DNA from: a virus | Lineage: Duplodnaviria > Caudoviricetes | IMG/VR virus record: IMGVR_UViG_3300030376_001348 | Location: 1-26,718 of that record | Reading direction: 5' to 3' (one strand) | DNA length: 26,718 nt | Shown here: positions 25,158-26,718 of the stretch, piece after piece | Layout of the letters: each line of letters starts with the position of its first letter | How positions within the stretch are numbered: position 1 is the stretch's first letter | Made by a program: the position numbers and the translations under genes | Notes under the pieces: model-generated | What the model was told of the DNA's origin: nothing | Database searches by the model: none | Seen by the model: the letters and a program-made list of their open reading frames with translations, nothing else

Positions 25158-25415
25158 ATGGCAAATCTAATGGATACACCTAGAGTGTGCGCAATAACTG
25201 GAGAGACTATTACTCAATGGAGTGACCTAGTCTGGACACCAGTATTCGATAAAGAAACTAAGGAATATAAGAATGTTCCAACGCATGTTTCTAAGAAAGC
25301 ATTCTGGGAGTTAAGTAAATCCAGTCCAACTCATCCAAGTAACATCAAGGAAGTATCCGAAGATGTTCAGGAGGAAGTTGCTGTAGAAGTTATGGCTGAA
25401 GAAGCCGCATACTAA
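25158..25415 (+). CDS. 85-aa hypothetical early protein
   Basis: AGAAAGGAG RBS; acidic C-terminus. Confidence 0.8.
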   Translation: MANLMDTPRVCAITGETITQWSDLVWTPVFDKETKEYKNVPTHVSKKAFWELSKSSPTHPSNIKEVSEDVQEEVAVEVMAEEAAY

Positions 25416-25419
25416 ACAG

Positions 25420-25466
25420 TATGTTGTTAGTACCTATCACCCCTTTGGTAGGTACTATAGAACATA
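25420..25466 (+). other. Intergenic long hairpin
   Basis: tagtacctatca-cccctt-tggtaggtacta (12 bp, one U-G) plus outer tatgtt/aacata; no U-tract. Confidence 0.75.
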
Positions 25467-25509
25467 TGTTATGTTCTGTAAGTAATTAGTCAAAGAAAGG
25501 AATTAAGTT

Positions 25510-25749
25510 ATGGCTAAATTTAAGAATAAGAAAGTATGTCGAGTATGTACGTACCCGATTATATTCTATAAAGATGCGTACTGGAAACCTAGTACGAAGA
25601 AAGATAGTAATGGAGAACTAATTAAGTATCCATTAAATATACATTACGTTGATTGTGCAAGCCAAGCATATATGCGAGGCGAGGATTTATGGGAAGTATC
25701 TCGTAGACCATTAAGCAAGTTAACACAAATGCGACTAGCATTTAGATAA
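25510..25749 (+). CDS. 79-aa basic early protein, possible Zn-binding (CRVC...HYVDC)
   Basis: AGAAAGGA RBS. Confidence 0.8.
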   Translation: MAKFKNKKVCRVCTYPIIFYKDAYWKPSTKKDSNGELIKYPLNIHYVDCASQAYMRGEDLWEVSRRPLSKLTQMRLAFR

Positions 25750-25750
25750 A

Positions 25751-25792
25751 TATTATATACATGTCTGTTAAGTCAGGCATGTATGTATAATA
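25751..25792 (+). other. Intergenic long hairpin
   Basis: atacatgtctg-ttaagt-caggcatgtat with outer tattata/tataata. Confidence 0.7.
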
Positions 25793-25815
25793 TATAACAC
25801 TATGAAAGGAATACT

Positions 25816-26019
25816 ATGGATAACATAATCGAAATAAAAAACGCATTAGATACGCTAAAACCGTTACTTAATGCTTCACAAGTAAGCACGTTAAATCAAA
25901 TGCTTGTCGATGCTATTACTTCATACCATGAAGGACAAATAGATGAGAAAATTGATAGCGATTTAAGTGCGTTAAACATTGTAAGAAGTGAGTTTATATT
26001 CAATGACTCACCCTTCTAA
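25816..26019 (+). CDS. 67-aa hypothetical early protein
   Basis: GAAAGGA RBS. Confidence 0.8.
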   Translation: MDNIIEIKNALDTLKPLLNASQVSTLNQMLVDAITSYHEGQIDEKIDSDLSALNIVRSEFIFNDSPF

Positions 26020-26027
26020 TTAAAACA

Positions 26028-26071
26028 TATGCATCTGCACGCTTTACATTTGTCTTGCGTGCATCTGCATA
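26028..26071 (+). other. Intergenic hairpin with a symmetric TC/TC internal loop
   Basis: tatgca-tc-tgcacgc-N14-gcgtgca-tc-tgcata. Confidence 0.7.
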
Positions 26072-26095
26072 CAGACACATATGAAAGGACATAAT

Positions 26096-26290
26096 ATGGA
26101 AGAAGCGTTAAATAAATTACAACTATTAAACAACAAACAGTTAACGAGAATAATCTTATGGTTAATAAGAGACTTAATTAACTGGTCTAAAAATGACAGA
26201 GTTATAGACAGTACACGTACTCATAGTGCGATGTTACTTGAGGCAATGTTATATCAAATTAATAAAGAAACTCTAGACGAAGAAGAATAA
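26096..26290 (+). CDS. 64-aa hypothetical early protein
   Basis: Start moved from 26081 to 26096 because GAAAGGA lies just upstream of the second ATG. Confidence 0.75.
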   Translation: MEEALNKLQLLNNKQLTRIILWLIRDLINWSKNDRVIDSTRTHSAMLLEAMLYQINKETLDEEE

Positions 26291-26295
26291 TTGCT

Positions 26296-26409
26296 ATGAC
26301 AAAAGAAAAACTATATACATTATTAGATAAAATACAAAAAGATTTTCTTATTGTAGAAGAAAATGGTAATGAGATAACTATTCAATTTACTATACAGGAG
26401 GAAGAATAA
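26296..26409 (+). CDS. 37-aa hypothetical protein
   Basis: MTKEKLYTLLDKIQKDFLIVEENGNEITIQFTIQEEE; TAATG coupling to the next gene. Confidence 0.65.
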   Translation: MTKEKLYTLLDKIQKDFLIVEENGNEITIQFTIQEEE

Positions 26410-26546
26410 TGGGTGGTTGGTTACAATGTTTCAAATGTGATAACTGGCATCACACACATAACGGTGGTGCATATATCAATGGCGAAACATATTGTGAAAA
26501 TTGTGCTGGTGAATTAGAAGCATACTGGCTAGCAAAGGAGGACTAA
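26409..26546 (+). CDS. 45-aa Zn-finger protein
   Basis: MGGWLQCFKCDNW...YCENCAGELEAYWLAKED (CxxC...CxxC); AGGAGG RBS. Confidence 0.75.
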   Translation: MGGWLQCFKCDNWHHTHNGGAYINGETYCENCAGELEAYWLAKED

Positions 26547-26641
26547 TGAAAGATGAGATATCAGATGTATTTGATTTAGCTGAAGCTAATAATAAATTAA
26601 TAAGAGAATTTAATTCTATTAAAATAAATGAGGAGGAATAA
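26546..26641 (+). CDS. 31-aa hypothetical protein
   Basis: MKDEISDVFDLAEANNKLIREFNSIKINEEE; AAGGAGG RBS; TAATG overlaps at both ends. Confidence 0.6.
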   Translation: MKDEISDVFDLAEANNKLIREFNSIKINEEE

Positions 26642-26718
26642 TGCCTAATTGGTGTAGAAATAATTTAGTAATTGAAGGTGATAAAGATACTCTTGATGAA
26701 CTAATAAATGATATAACA
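26641..26718 (+). CDS. DUF1281/YubB-like protein, N-terminus only (truncated)
   Basis: MPNWCRNNLVIEG matches the MPNWCxN N-terminal signature; GAGGAGG RBS. Confidence 0.65.
   Translation, partial: MPNWCRNNLVIEGDKDTLDELINDIT

Noticed and set aside
26081-26095. Upstream ATG of ORF 26081..26290
   Set aside because: The GAAAGGA SD lies inside this extension, so ATG 26096 is the likelier start.

Overview
AT-rich (roughly one-third GC by eye) tailed-phage DNA with podovirus-like gene content. Positions 1-24345 hold one minus-strand late/structural operon. In order of transcription it encodes a large terminase with an N-terminal Zn-finger/HTH extension, the portal, six Cys-free putative internal/ejected proteins (one of 1918 aa), scaffold, major capsid protein, a decoration-like protein, adaptor, nozzle, tail fibre, three paralogous fibre-tip proteins, small membrane proteins and a truncated secreted Thr/Pro-linker acidic protein. 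From about 24896 a divergent plus-strand cluster of very small early-type genes begins. GAAAGGA ribosome-binding sites, TGn-extended -10 promoters with leaderless starts and a Thr-tract surface protein suggest a low-GC actinobacterial host such as Ca. Actinomarina (inference). The strongest unexplained signals are non-coding. (1) A ~170-nt, potentially triple-pseudoknotted leader precedes the scaffold gene, and one of its linkers is perfectly complementary to a duplicated motif at the capsid RBS about 600 nt downstream. (2) A GC-rich, ~155-nt structured RNA candidate lies divergent from the terminase on a bidirectional promoter. (3) Three long hairpins in the early region share a 4-nt TCC bulge next to a GACT/AGTC stem. 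All structures were paired by eye; no searches or folding programs were run.
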